Assembly: GCA_951406725.2 (NCBI GenBank)
Contig: OX597821.1
Location: forward strand, 26,102,001 to 26,166,000
DNA length: 64,000 nt
Direction: 5' to 3'
Source: Octopus vulgaris
Lineage: Eukaryota
This document shows, one piece after another, positions 39,085-52,470 of this stretch (position 1 is the first letter of the stretch; each line of letters begins with the position of its first letter). The notes below the pieces were generated by a model. That model saw only the letters and a program-made list of their open reading frames with translations. It ran no database searches and was not told the DNA's origin. A program made the position numbers and the translations under genes.

Positions 39085-40118
39085 CTAGCATTAAAGACCC
39101 GTCGTTGCCGGGTCATAGTGCTAGTGCATGTATATATGTGTATATATATGTGTACATATTACATGTACATCTATATATATACATCTACACATAAAATACA
39201 AAATACAAAGTTATATCTTGATATCGCTAGTGATAACAATACTCAAAATATATAACAGACTGGAATTGTTAGCCCGTCTCTTGTAATTTCGATCAATAGT
39301 ATCTTGTCCTCTTGTATAGAAATGTGGCTACAATCCAGCCTACCTCAACTTCTGGGAGGGGGGGGGGCATCTTAAATTTTTATCCGGCATGTCCTACGTC
39401 CCAGATATAAAGGTAAAAATAAAATATTTCCACTTTGCAAGTTCAAGTCGAGTACTCCCTTGCACGCTCCGTTGACTCGAACCTTGCTTCTATTGTGGCG
39501 AATTTACCGCCTCTGATTAGATACCTTTCATAGTCGCACCAAGACACTTTTCGAAAGTGCTTTCCTCCAGGTGTTCAAATCTTTTTTCTCTACGTTGTAT
39601 ACTTTATAGGCAATAGTCTTTTCTTTAATTTAATTTTTTATTATCTATCTGGACTATTCCATTTCTGCACGCTAATTTTATTTTTAATTTATTCCCATTC
39701 ATGTGAAACCACTTATTCAAGTTCAAATCATTGATGCAATTTTATACCAATTGCTATTTTTACTTTTGTTATGTTACGATTATATTATACTTTAGTTTGA
39801 TTTTAATTATTACTTACTACATATAATTCAATTGTTATTATTATTTTTATTGTTAAAGTGAAAGTATCTGACATAAGATAAGAGAAACGTTTTTGTTTCA
39901 CTTTTAACACGTAATACTGAAATAGTGGAGAAAATATGATATTGCTATGGGCTCGTTCTAGGCAAGAAGTTGAACATTTTTTTGCCCATGAAACTACATG
40001 GACCCTAAGTAAGGCATGTGTAAAATTTGAATGAAATTGGTTGTGTAGTTCTCAAGTTTTAGGGAAACGCACAGACAGACAGACAGACACACATTCTCAG
40101 TTTTATATATATATAAAG

Positions 40119-40119
<1 letters not shown>
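39085..40119 (-). mobile_element. Non-autonomous Helitron
   Basis: Minus strand 5' A|TC at 40119, (GTCT)n near the 5' end, 3' hairpin GACCCGGCAACGACGGGTC plus CTAG|T at 39085. Confidence 0.75.
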
Positions 40120-40172
<53 letters not shown>

Positions 40173-40306
40173 GTATATATATGCTTTTATTCATTTGACT
40201 GCGGATATACTGGAGCACCATCTTTAGTCGAACAAATCGACCCCAGGACGTAAACACACCAACATCGGTTGTCAAGCAAGGGTGGGAGTACAAACACAGA
40301 ACACAA

Positions 40307-40387
<81 letters not shown>

Positions 40388-41011
40388 CAACATACGATGG
40401 TCTCCTTTCAGTTTTCGTCTACCAAATCCATTCACAAGGTTTTAGTCGGCCCGAGGCTACAGTAGACAACACTTGGCCAGGGTTCCACGCAGGACTTATT
40501 CTTTTTAAGTCTAGTACTATCGGTCTCTTTTGCCGAAACGCTCAGTAACGGGGCCGTAAACACACCAACATCGGTTGTCAAGCGAGGGTGGGAGGACAAA
40601 CACAGACACACAAACATATACATACATACTTGGGCTTCTTTCAGTTTCCGTCTACCAAATCCACTCACAAAGCTTTGGTCGGCCCGAGGCTATAGTAGAC
40701 GACATTTGCGCAGCGTGCCACGCAGTGGGATCGAACCCGGAACCAGGTGGTTTGTAAGCAAGCTAATTACCACTCCAGTGCCTGTCATTTCAAAATGTAA
40801 CTACATGTGGATTGTTGGCGATTTTTTATCTTCCTTCTTCCTTTTCTCTTGGACTTTTCTCTGTCTACCGTTTCTGAAGAGCTTTGCTCATAACGTAAAA
40901 CACACTTTCTTTCCTTCCCTGAGCGTCTTTTAATACTTTGCATGTACCACGTCGTCACGTTGTTGTTTTTCTTGTATTTTTTCTTCGTGTTTTTTTTTGC
41001 GTGGGGGGGGG

Positions 41012-41058
<47 letters not shown>

Positions 41059-41766
41059 CAAAAAACAAAATAGAGCGCATTAAAACGTTCAGACAGATAG
41101 ACAACACAAAGGCGGACAAGAGAAACAACAATTAGAAGGATAGGCAAAAAAGAAGGGTCATTCTTGGCTTTCTTTCATCAGTCAAGTATCAGAAGTCACG
41201 ACCATTTCTGGCAGTTGCGCTTGAGATGGTTCGATCTGGTTGCCTCCAAAAAAGTCTAAGCTAACAGCATTAGACCCCTTTGTAAGAAAGCTAGCGAATG
41301 TGTACAAAAAGAAAGACAAAAAGACGGAGAACATGGTACACAATTACGAAAACAACAAGAAATAATAACAGGCGTCTTTCGACTGAGAACGATTCAAATT
41401 GAGGTGGCGTGTATGAAGCGAAAGCCTAAAGGCAGGATCATGGGAGATGGACACAAAACGTTGACGGTTGGCAGTCATGCCAAGAAAGAAAGATCATGGC
41501 TGGCCGGACACCGGTCACGTGGAAGGAGGAGAGATGGGTTGGGGACAGCGGGATTGGAAGATTAGAAAAAATCAGAGGCAAAGGGAAAGGTGCAGGGGAG
41601 ATAAACGAGTGGGAAATAGTGGGAGTTAAAGAAAGAGAGGGCCAAGAAATGTGAGAGAGGGGGAGCAAGAGAAAGGAAGAAAAATGAGAGGGGGGATATA
41701 TATAGTCCGATATTGGGGCATATGAGCCCTTGTTGGAAAAAAGTGGGTTTTAGTACACGTACCCAT

Positions 41767-41828
<62 letters not shown>

Positions 41829-42282
41829 TATATATATATAGAGAGAGAGAGAGTCGAAAATTTATAGAAAAACGGAAGACAAAGATAGGTGAATGAACAA
41901 CAAGCAGATGTATTAGTTTGACGCTCGGGAAAATAAAAAAAAGTCTTTTACGTTTCGATCCCATGCACTTCAACAGAAAGAAATAAGAGAAAATAAACAG
42001 AGAGAATTAAAAAAACAACTTGTGGATGTAGCGGTCAAGCATGGCGACTGATTATAAAAAAAATTGAAAGAAGAGGTTGAAAGAAGGGGAGATAATAAAG
42101 TTTTGGTGGTCCCAAAACGAGGATGCGTATGCGTGTGTGTGTATGTGAGAATGTGTGTGTGTGTGTGGATGATCGTGTGTAGTGTGGGTGCTGGGAAATG
42201 GTCAGTGCTAGTGTGCGTGGAGTAGTGTATGTATGTATGTATATATATATATATATTACATTTACAGATATATATATATATA

Positions 42283-42526
42283 TATCTGTAAATGTAATAT
42301 GTGACAATTATTCGGTAGACATGATAAAACTCCGAGTTTCGGATGTCGGGGTGGAAATCCACGCCGTCATCTATTGAGTTATCCGGCCATCGGAAAAAAA
42401 TACTATGAAAATCCGATGACCGGATAGCGGAAGAGATGGCGGCGTGGATTTCCACCCCGACATCCGAAACTCGGAGTTTTATTATCATGGCTACCGAATA
42501 ATTGTCACATATTACATTTACAGATA
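42283..42526. repeat. Long inverted repeat (about 110-bp arms), Penelope-like end
   Basis: 42283-42393 is inverted against 42411-42526; arms contain a hammerhead-like relic (CGGAAGA gatg...catc c GAAA ctcggag TT). Confidence 0.85.
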
Positions 42527-42719
42527 AATTCCTCTATTTACATAATATCGAGGCCTCTTTCTTTCTTTTGTTGTCTTACCATTTCTATAAATAAATATAT
42601 ATATATGTATGTATGTATATTTTCCGTCGAGTGCTTATATGCCCCAATGTTAGACTATTTTCTTTAGCTGATACACGATAAGCGCTTATAGATTATTATT
42701 ATTTACACCCACCCACACC

Positions 42720-42750
<31 letters not shown>

Positions 42751-43511
42751 CTACATGGTTTATTGTTTTTTTTTTCCTATTTATGATGGTATTGTGTTAT
42801 TTGAGGGAAATTTTGTTGGACACCTCCTTCCTTAAATATAATATACTTTCGACTCTCTCTTAACTCTCTCTTTTACTTGTTTCAGTCATTTGACTGTGGC
42901 CATGCAGGAGCACCGCCTTTAGTCGAGCAAATCGACCCCAGGACTTAAACATACCAGCATCGGTTGTGAAGCGATGTTCGGGGAGGGGGGGGCGACAAAC
43001 ACAAGCACACACACACACACACACACATATATACATATATACGACAGGCTTCTTTCAGTTTCCGTCTACCAAATCCACTCACAAGGCTTTGGACGGTCCG
43101 AGGCTATAGTAGAAGACACTTGCCCAAGGTACCACGCAGTGGGACTGAACCCGGAACCATGTTGTTGGTAAGCAAGCTACTTAGAAAATACGCTTATACA
43201 GCCCGGAACCATGTGGTTGGTAAGCAAGCTACTATAGGAAATACGCTGGTGCAAAGTAACTACCTTCTGCGGTTACACATCCAACTATGTCACCGTATAC
43301 CGAATAATATGAATAATGAATAATATTCATCCTTAACATCAGCAGCTGCATTCGACTACAACGGTAGACTTAGGCAGCTACAATTAACTTTCACCAATTG
43401 CAGTTTTAATCATCAGTAGTGGTCCCGTGAACGGCTAATTGCTAAGTGTCTTGTCAGGGATTGCTAAGTGTCTTGTCTGACCTATTCCCTAACAATTCTG
43501 CACATCTTCTT

Positions 43512-43570
<59 letters not shown>

Positions 43571-43664
43571 ACTACTACTGCTGCTGCCACTGCTACTACT
43601 GCTACTACTGCTGTTGCTGCTGCTGCTGCTACTACTACTACTACTACTACTACTGCTGTTGCTG

Positions 43665-43707
<43 letters not shown>

Positions 43708-43736
43708 CACTACTACTACTACTGTTGCTGCTGCTG

Positions 43737-43770
<34 letters not shown>

Positions 43771-43818
43771 AGCTGCTTCTGCTATTACTACTACTACTAC
43801 TACTGCTGCTGCTGCTGT

Positions 43819-43884
<66 letters not shown>
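43512..43884. repeat. Compound (CTA)/(CTG) microsatellite
   Basis: Directly visible. Confidence 0.95.
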
Positions 43885-43890
43885 AGCTCT

Positions 43891-44095
43891 AGAATCTTTG
43901 TGGCTTGAGTCACTGTCTCCAATTTTGTTCCAATTGTTTTCAAATTTGGTATATGGATTAAGTTTTGTATATTAATTATGAAAGTGAAAATCATTTTTCC
44001 TATAAATTTATAATAAAAAAGTTATTAGTCTTTAAAGTTTGCAAAACTTGGATATTCTAGCCAATCAGAAGCGAGTATTTTACACATCACCGTGA
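43891..44095 (+). mobile_element. Terminal fragment of an unclassified repeat, probably a DNA transposon (second copy at 52138-52340)
   Basis: About 200 bp clearly homologous to 52138-52340 (ATCTTTGTGG...GGATTAAGTTTTGTAT...AGCCAATC.GAAGCG.GTATTTTACACAT). Confidence 0.55.
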
Positions 44096-44277
44096 AGTTC
44101 TGTTAGCATAGTAAGCAAAGAACAGTTTCTATAGAAACCAAGGAGTATAACCCACCACATGTTCCATAACTGCTTACAAAGAACTCTGTTTCCATAATTA
44201 CCAAAGATACTGTGCATGCGCACAAGGAGTGTTCCGTAACAGTAGGAATTCGATTCGAGAACGGTATAGAGATTTTG

Positions 44278-44516
44278 AAGGCGGCGAGCTGGCAGAAACG
44301 TTAGCACGCCGGGCGAAATGCGTAGCCGTATTTCGTCTGCCATTATGTTCTGAGTCCAAATTCCGCCGAGGTCGACTTTGCCTTTCATCCTTACGGGGTC
44401 GATAAATTAAGTACCAGTTACGCACTGGGGTCGATGTAATTGACTTAATCCGTTTGTCTGTCCTTATTTGTCCCCTCAGTGTTTAGCCCCTTGTGGGTAG
44501 TAAAGAAATAGAAATA
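44278..44516 (+). mobile_element. SINE family A
   Basis: 16-bp TSD GGTATAGAGATTTTGA. Confidence 0.9.
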
Positions 44517-44757
44517 GGTATAGAGATTTTGACATGCCGGCACCTCTGCTCCTTCTCGCCACTGTGACAGATGATGGAAGAGGAAGCGAACGCGCTGTTT
44601 TCTGATTGGCTGAAAATTCTGAAAATGATCAAACTTTGAACACCTGTAATATTTTCGCGAAATTTTCCTGGAATAATTGAACAACAAATTCGGATTCAGT
44701 GTCATAAATTACATCTAAATATATGATACATTAAAAAAAAAATTTTTTTAAGATTTC

Positions 44758-45158
44758 GTAGGCGTAGGAGTGGCTGTGTGGTAAGTAGCTTGCTTACCAA
44801 CCACATGGTTCCGGGTTTAGTCCCACTGCGTGGCACCTTCTACTTTAGCCTCGGGCCAACCAAAGCCTTGTGAGTGGATGTGGTAGACGGAAACTGAAAG
44901 AAGCCCGCCGTATATATGTATGTATATATATATTTGTGTGTGTGTTTGTGTGTCTGTGTTTGGCCCTCCTCAACGTCGCTTGACAACCGATGCTGGTGTG
45001 TTTACGGCCCCGTAACTTAGCGGTTCGGCAAAAGAGACCGATAGAATAAGTACTAGTGTTACAAAGAATAAGTCCCGGTGTCGATTTGCTCGACTAAAGG
45101 CGGTGCTCCAGCATGGCTATAATCAAATGACTGAAACAAGTAAAAGAGTAAAAGAGTA
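44758..45158 (+). mobile_element. SINE family B, full length
   Basis: Consensus match with AAAAGAGT tail. Confidence 0.88.
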
Positions 45159-45796
45159 TTTCGACATGCAGTGACCCAATCCATAAAGATCCCAGCTCTA
45201 TTCCAGTGCTCCACAACCGGTATGTCACGGCACACTGTTGTGCCACGAGACGATACTAGGTGTGTCACAGTGTAACCTGAATATAATTTTTCCCCCTATA
45301 TTTTTAGTTCTGGTGTGCCGTCGAATTTTGAAAAGAATATAAGTATGCCGTAAATAAAATGAGGCTGCAGAGCGCTGCTCTATTCAACGAGTTACTACTA
45401 CTCTATTCATCGACCCCGAAAGATAAAATGCAAAACTGGATACATCAGGAATTGAACTCAAAACTCAGTGAGGCAGAACAAATACCACAAAGCATTGTAT
45501 TCGTCGCTTTAACGACTCTGCCAACATCCTTCTATTACATTACATACCATCTCCAAATAAGAAATTTCTGAACCATATTATTTCCACGAGTTGAAAATCT
45601 AATTAATATTTTTGCATTCATTAACATTTAGTGAAAGGTCACAAAGTTCAACTGTTGACCTCGCTTTAATGGTATCAAGAAAGTGCTAACAGGTTGTGAC
45701 AATGAGCTAAAGCCACAAGAGGCTGCTGGATAGCGCAGAAAGGCTTATTACCATCCTCACTGCCTGCCAACACCACTTGAGCTAAGTCACGCTTGT

Positions 45797-45827
<31 letters not shown>

Positions 45828-46299
45828 CGCACAAACACACACACACACACACACACATACACACACGCACGCACACACACACACATACACACACACACAC
45901 ACATGTATGTACGGAATTTTATGTAGCATGGTAGGAAGTACACATCTGAACAAAGATCTGAGGCCCTTCCTGCAATAACCATCATACATGAGCAGACAAC
46001 GATGGCAACAGATGGAGGAAAAACAAAGGAGCAATGAATTGAGGCCAGATGTAACAAAAACAATAAAGGTTCGGATGCACTAAGAGGAAAGACATGTCCA
46101 CAAATATAAGAGGACATACGACCGGAAATGTATTCCAGTAACTAGTTCCTGTAAATGCGTTGTACATATTACACACAGTTATAGACATGTATCACACTTG
46201 TATATGTGGGTTCGAGTCCCATGGCTGGTTGTTGACGAATTTCTTCGTCTTGTGAAGGTAATTTACTCAGTATTTCTGCTGTTCTAACTGCAACTCTGC

Positions 46300-46690
46300 G
46301 TGTGGTAAGTAGCTTGCTTACCAACCACATGGTTCCGGGTTCAGTCCCACTGCGTGGAACCTTGGGCAAGTGTCTTCTACTATAGTCTCGGGCCAACCAA
46401 AGCCTTGTGAGTGGATTTGGTAGACGGAAACTGAAAGAAGCCTGTCGTATATATGTATGTGTGTATGTGTGTATGTTTGTGTGTCTGTGTTTGTACCCAC
46501 CAACATCGCTTGACAACCGATGCTGGTGTGTTTACGTCCCCTTAACTTAGCGGTTCGGCAAAAAGAGACCGATAGAATAAGTACTAGGCTTACAAAGAAT
46601 AAGTCCTGGGGTCGATTTGCTCGATTAAAGGCGGTACTCCAGCATGGCCACAGTCAAATGACTGAAACAAGTAAAAGGGTAAAAGAGTTA
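46300..46690 (+). mobile_element. SINE family B
   Basis: Consensus match, slightly 5'-truncated. Confidence 0.85.
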
Positions 46691-47099
46691 TTTGTATTGT
46701 AAAGTACACATTTCCACGCTTCTAATGAAAGAACAAATATTTGTTTGCTTACATTTATACACTTGTATAAGTGTTGCAGTGAAGTCGCTTGGCTTAGTGG
46801 TTAGGGTATTCGGCTCAAGATCGTAATGTTGTGAGTTCAATTCCCGGCAACGTATTGTGTCCATGAGTAAGACACTTTATTTCAAGTTTCTTCAGTCAAA
46901 TCAGCTGGCAAAATTATTAGTGCTTGTATTTCAAAAGGCCGGCCTTGTCACATTTTGTGTCACGCTGAATCTCCCTGAGAAACTACATTAAGGCTACACG
47001 TGTCTGTGGAGTGCTCAGCCACTTACACCTTAATTTCACGGGCAGGCTGTTCCGTCGATTGGATTAAGTAGAACCCGCCTCGTGTAACCGACAGATTGC

Positions 47100-47522
47100 C
47101 ATGTGTTACACGTTGTAATACATGTGTTACACTGTGAAAACACTTGTAGCTCTACAACAGTGAAAATACAACTGATGTGTTACAGTGTAAACACATTTGT
47201 AGACGCAGTGTGTAAACGCAGTTGTTGATTTGTTACATAGTGTGAACACATTTGTAGATGTGTTGCAAACATCTTTTATCTTTTACTTGTTTCTGTCATT
47301 AGAGCTCGGCCATGCTGGAGCACCCCTTGGAAGAATTATTTGTCGAATGAATCGACCCCAGTACTGATTTTTCTTTACGACCTGGTACTTATTCTATCAG
47401 TCTCTTTTGCCGAGCCTCTAAGTCACGGGGACATAAACACACCAACATATGCTATCAAGCGGTGGCTGGACGGACACACACAAACACACACACACACACA
47501 CGAACACACACGCACACACACC

Positions 47523-47570
<48 letters not shown>

Positions 47571-47581
47571 GTATATGTGTG

Positions 47582-47630
<49 letters not shown>

Positions 47631-47643
47631 GTATATGTATGTG

Positions 47644-47701
<58 letters not shown>

Positions 47702-47858
47702 GCTCCTGAACCAGTTGTTGAGTGTCCCACAAGAGGAATCGATGCTAGATGTGTCGAAACAATTGTCGTGATTAATAAGAAATAATGATAAATTCTCGTA
47801 TGTTCCATCTTCTGTCTTTCATTTGCCATACATACATACACACACATATGTATGTATG

Positions 47859-47901
<43 letters not shown>

Positions 47902-48870
47902 GACAGGTTTCTTTCAATTTCCCTCTATTATATCCACGCACAAGGCTTTGGCCAAGCCGAGGCAATAATACAAAATACTTGTCTAAGTTGTTGCGCAGTG
48001 GAACTGAACCCGGAACCATGTGTTTGGGAAGCAAACTTCTTACCATGCAGTCACGCCTGCATTTGTGTATGGGTTACAACGTAAGCACGTTTTGTAGAAT
48101 GTGTTATACAGTGCCAACGCAGTCGCAGATGACTTACACTGTAAATACGTTTGAAAATGTCTTACAGCAAACATACTTATTGATGTGTTATGCATAGTAA
48201 ACAAGGTCCCAAATGTGTTTGAAATACTTACAACTACTTTTACACTACGTTACACACTGCAAAAGTCGTATGTTATAGAGTTTGGTGTGTTACACAGTGT
48301 CAAAAATAGTTGTAGTTTAGATACGCAGATTAAACGCAGTTGTATATTCTGATCTGTGGAGGCGCGTGGCTTAGTGGTTAGGGTGTCAGCATCATGATCG
48401 TAAGATTGTGGTTTCGATTCCTGGACCGAGCGACGCGTTGTGTTCTTGAGGAAAACACTTCATTTCACGTTGCTCCAGTCCACCCAGCTGGGAAAAAATG
48501 AGTAACGCTGCGATGGACTGACGTCCTGTCCAGCTGGGGAACACATACGCCATAGAAACCGGGAAAACGGGCCCATGAGCCTGGCTAGGCTTGAAAAGGG
48601 CGCATTTATTTTATTTTATATTCTGATCCACAGTATAAACAAAGTTTATAAACGTGTTCTAGTGCGGTTGAAACGTACTTTCCTGTGTAAACACAGACGG
48701 TATTGTGTAAATGCTGTAGGTGTGTTATACAGTTCTTGTATATGTGTTTACATACCGTAGTCACAATTTTCAGATACGTTACCGAGTGTGAACGGTGAGC
48801 CTATAGATGTTTTGTAGTATTGTACACGGTGTCAGCATAGTTGTAGGTGTGTAACAGTTAACACAGCTGT
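47100..48870. repeat. Decayed minisatellite of about 30 bp interrupted by SINEs
   Basis: Recurrent TGTGTTACACAGTGTAAACACAGTTGTAGA-like units at 47100-47270, 48060-48345 and 48630-48870. Confidence 0.6.
48358..48616 (+). mobile_element. SINE family C, full length
   Basis: tRNA head; TSD TATATTCTGATC (48343-48354 / 48617-48628). Confidence 0.88.
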
Positions 48871-48983
48871 ATGCACACACATGCATGCATACCTACATAT
48901 CACGCACATGATGTACATACAGACATATATACATACATACATACATACATACATATGCATACATACATACATACATACATACA

Positions 48984-49017
<34 letters not shown>

Positions 49018-49023
49018 CGTCTG

Positions 49024-49447
49024 GGATCTTTTCAGTTTGAACGGCAGTTTTTAACATCAGTTTTTTCTCGGTAACTAAAAAATTTTAAACTTCATATACT
49101 AGTAGAATGTGTTTATAAAACATCTTTTTCTCTTGGCTTTATTGAGAAAATTCTATGGTTTGTAAGATATTTGTTGTTGTTTTTTTTTCAATTTCTGCAA
49201 TTTAAACCAATCAAATACGTCTATTGAGGTAAAAAACATTCTGTGCCATATGAATATGTCCCTCGTTTAAGAAACAGATTGGGTTTATTTGCATTTGTGA
49301 AGAAAAAAAAGATACCTTTCCCCCCACCCCTAATCCTAACCCTTAAAAAGATTGAAATGCAATAGATCGATACTAGGGTCATAATTATGGGTGACAATTT
49401 CATATGACACCGCTAGAAAAAAACTGCCGTTCAAACCGAAAAGGTCC
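49024..49447 (-). mobile_element. Family D MITE, complete
   Basis: Both TIRs present; perfect 8-bp TSD TACGTCTG. Confidence 0.92.
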
Positions 49448-50496
49448 TACGTCTGTTTTTATACGTTGTAAAAAGAGATGAATTTATGGTACATTTTTCA
49501 TACACTAGAATTTTAAAACCAAGTAGCGAAACAAAACACAACTATGACACACACTGACCATCAGATATTCTAAACACCAATTTTTGTTTTATATATACAA
49601 AGCAATATATAAGTCTTGTATAACCCACCGCCCTTCTGATCTGTGTGTGTCGTCTGATGTGTGTGTAGTCCTGGGGTCGATTTGTTCGACTAAAGATGGT
49701 GCTCCAGCATATCCGCAGTCAAATGAATAAAAGCATATATATACATACAAACATACATATATATTTATATACATATACATATATATCTTTATATATATAA
49801 AACTGAGAATGTGTGTATGTCTGTCTGTCTGTGTGTTTCCCTAAAACTTGAGAACTACTCAACCAATTTCATTCAAATTTTACACATGCCTTACTTAGGA
49901 TCCGGGGAGTGTCATCGGCAAAAAAAATTTTAACATTGAGATTAAAAGAAATGATTTCAAAAAATAATGAGTTCCAGCATACACACATACGTACCTACGT
50001 ACATACATGCAGACGTATAGACATGCACACACCCAAACGCGGGAACGAAACTTTTAGTAACAACACATACAGATACATACTCACATACACACATACTCAA
50101 TTATATATTTAATACACACACACACATATATATATATATACATACATTTATTTGATATATATACATACATGCAAAACAATATTCCCTCTCTCTCTCTCTC
50201 TCTCGTATTGACAAATACTCTGATGTAGCCTCCCACACAAAATACTCACTTCTTAGCCGCATACACGCACACACACACATCTATACACATATATAGAACC
50301 ACACGTAAACACTGACATATACATACACACATACACGCAAAACCAGCAGTCTTCCTCCCTCCCTCCCTCCCGTTACACCACTGTCTTGTTTAGTAGTAAG
50401 CTATTATATGATAAACTTCCTCTCATATTTACGTCACAGCAGGCAAAATGTAGCCATTGAACTGTTTGGAGTCTCACCCTCGCTCGCTCACCCACT

Positions 50497-50537
<41 letters not shown>

Positions 50538-51869
50538 ACTCCTCCTCTTTCCACACACACACACAACCTTAGATTAGCTACCGTGCCGCGGCCCTGACTT
50601 CTATTTTCAGCTAGCATCTCTGACCTCGCCAACATTGATTTCAAACACAGCCTCGAAATGTCATAGAGAGAGGAAAATGTCCAAATGTGGCACGATTTTC
50701 GTCAGGGGTGTAAAACAAATTAATTCTTCATTAACTATAAGTTTTGGTGATAACAATAATAATAATAATTGTAATAATAATAATGATAATAATAATATTA
50801 ATAATAACAACAACAACCATGATAATAATTTGTCTTAAAGGGTTGAGTATAACATAATGGTTGACCTATATTGTATGGTCTTTCTTACAAAATATAGGAA
50901 ATAGCGAAATTGTTTATGATAATCGCTGCTTCTATCTCGCCTCTCTCACCCATAGAAAACGTTCTTCAGAATAATTGTTGAAATGGGAAGAGAAAATATA
51001 ACTGCGGAGTACAAGATTGCGTGTCGTTCTCTCTATTTTAAAGGAGAGTTTTAGGTATGTGTCAAAAGTCAACTCCAGTCTAAGCACAAATCCGGGTATG
51101 TTTGTGTGATAAGAAGCTTGCTTTCTAACCAACCAGCCAGCCAGTCAGCGAAACGACCGCGACCGCGGGTTCAGTCCCACTGCGTGGCCTTTGGGCTAGT
51201 ATTTTCTACAATAACATCAAACTATTCAAATAAAGCCTTTCGAGTGGATTAGTTAGCCGGAAGTGTGTGTGTGTGTGTGTTAATCCCCCCCCATCACCGC
51301 TTGACAACCGAAGTTGGTGAGTGTGCGTCCATGGCTAAAACGTCGGCAGAATAAGTACCAGTTTTGAAAGTAAATACTGGGTCCTTCAAGGCAATGCTCC
51401 AGCGTGGCCGCAGTTTACTGAATGAAACTAAAGAGAAGAAAAAAACCGTTGTGGATGCAAGGACAGAATTGGTGTTGTTGAGACGAAGACAGCTCTGATT
51501 AAGAAGACCGATGATCAAAGGTGTTCCAACCGTGACCACTGTGTCCATTTGAGTCGTAACAAGCTTGCTTTCCAAACACATGCTTCCAGGTTCAGTCCTT
51601 GGAGGGTGGAGGGTGTCTTCTGCTATGGCCACGGGCCGACTAAAAGTCTTGTGAGTAGATTTGGTAGACGGAAACTGAAAGAAGCTCGTCGTGTGTGTGT
51701 GTGTATAGGCGCAGGTGTGGCTGTGTGATAAGAAGCTTGCTCCCCAACCACATGGTTCCAGGTTTAATCCCACTGCGTGACATCTTGGCAAATCTCTTCT
51801 ATTATAGCCTTGGGCCGACCAAAGCCTTGTGAGTAGATTTGGTAGATGGAAACTGAAAGAAGCCCGTCG

Positions 51870-51915
<46 letters not shown>

Positions 51916-52470
51916 TTTGTGTGTGTCTTTGTGTTTGTTCCCCGCTATCGCTTGACAACCAATATTGGTGTATTTACGTCCCTGTAATCTAGCAGTTCGA
52001 CAAAAGAAACCGATAAAATAAGCACCATTCTAAGCTTTAAAAAATAAGTCCTGTGATCAATTCATTCGATTAAAAATTCTTCAAGGCGTGCCTCCAGCAT
52101 GGCCGCAGTCTAATGACTGAAGCAAATAATACAATCAAGATCTTTGTGGTTTTCGTCACTGTTTATAATTTTGTTCCAACTGTTTTCAAATTTGGTGTAT
52201 GGATTAAGTTTTGTATCCTAATTATGAAACTAAAATTCATTTGCCCTATAAATCCACAATTAAAAAGTTATTAGCCTTTAAAATTTGCAAAATTTGGGTA
52301 TTTTAGCCAATCTGAAGCGCGTATTTTACACATAACAGTGGCGTGTTGTTAGATATGATGGCTCCATCGTTGTATAGGAACAAAGGTGTTGTCAAACTCT
52401 CCACCATCGGTCTGCACTGACCAAAAACAATCAGCAGCAAACGTATTCAATCTATCCATGACTATCACGT

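Noticed and set aside
48358-48430. tRNA gene candidates at SINE heads (also 740, 8181, 37531, 59212)
   Set aside because: A/B boxes are present but acceptor stems are incomplete and sequences run into SINE bodies, several with TSDs; not bona fide tRNAs.
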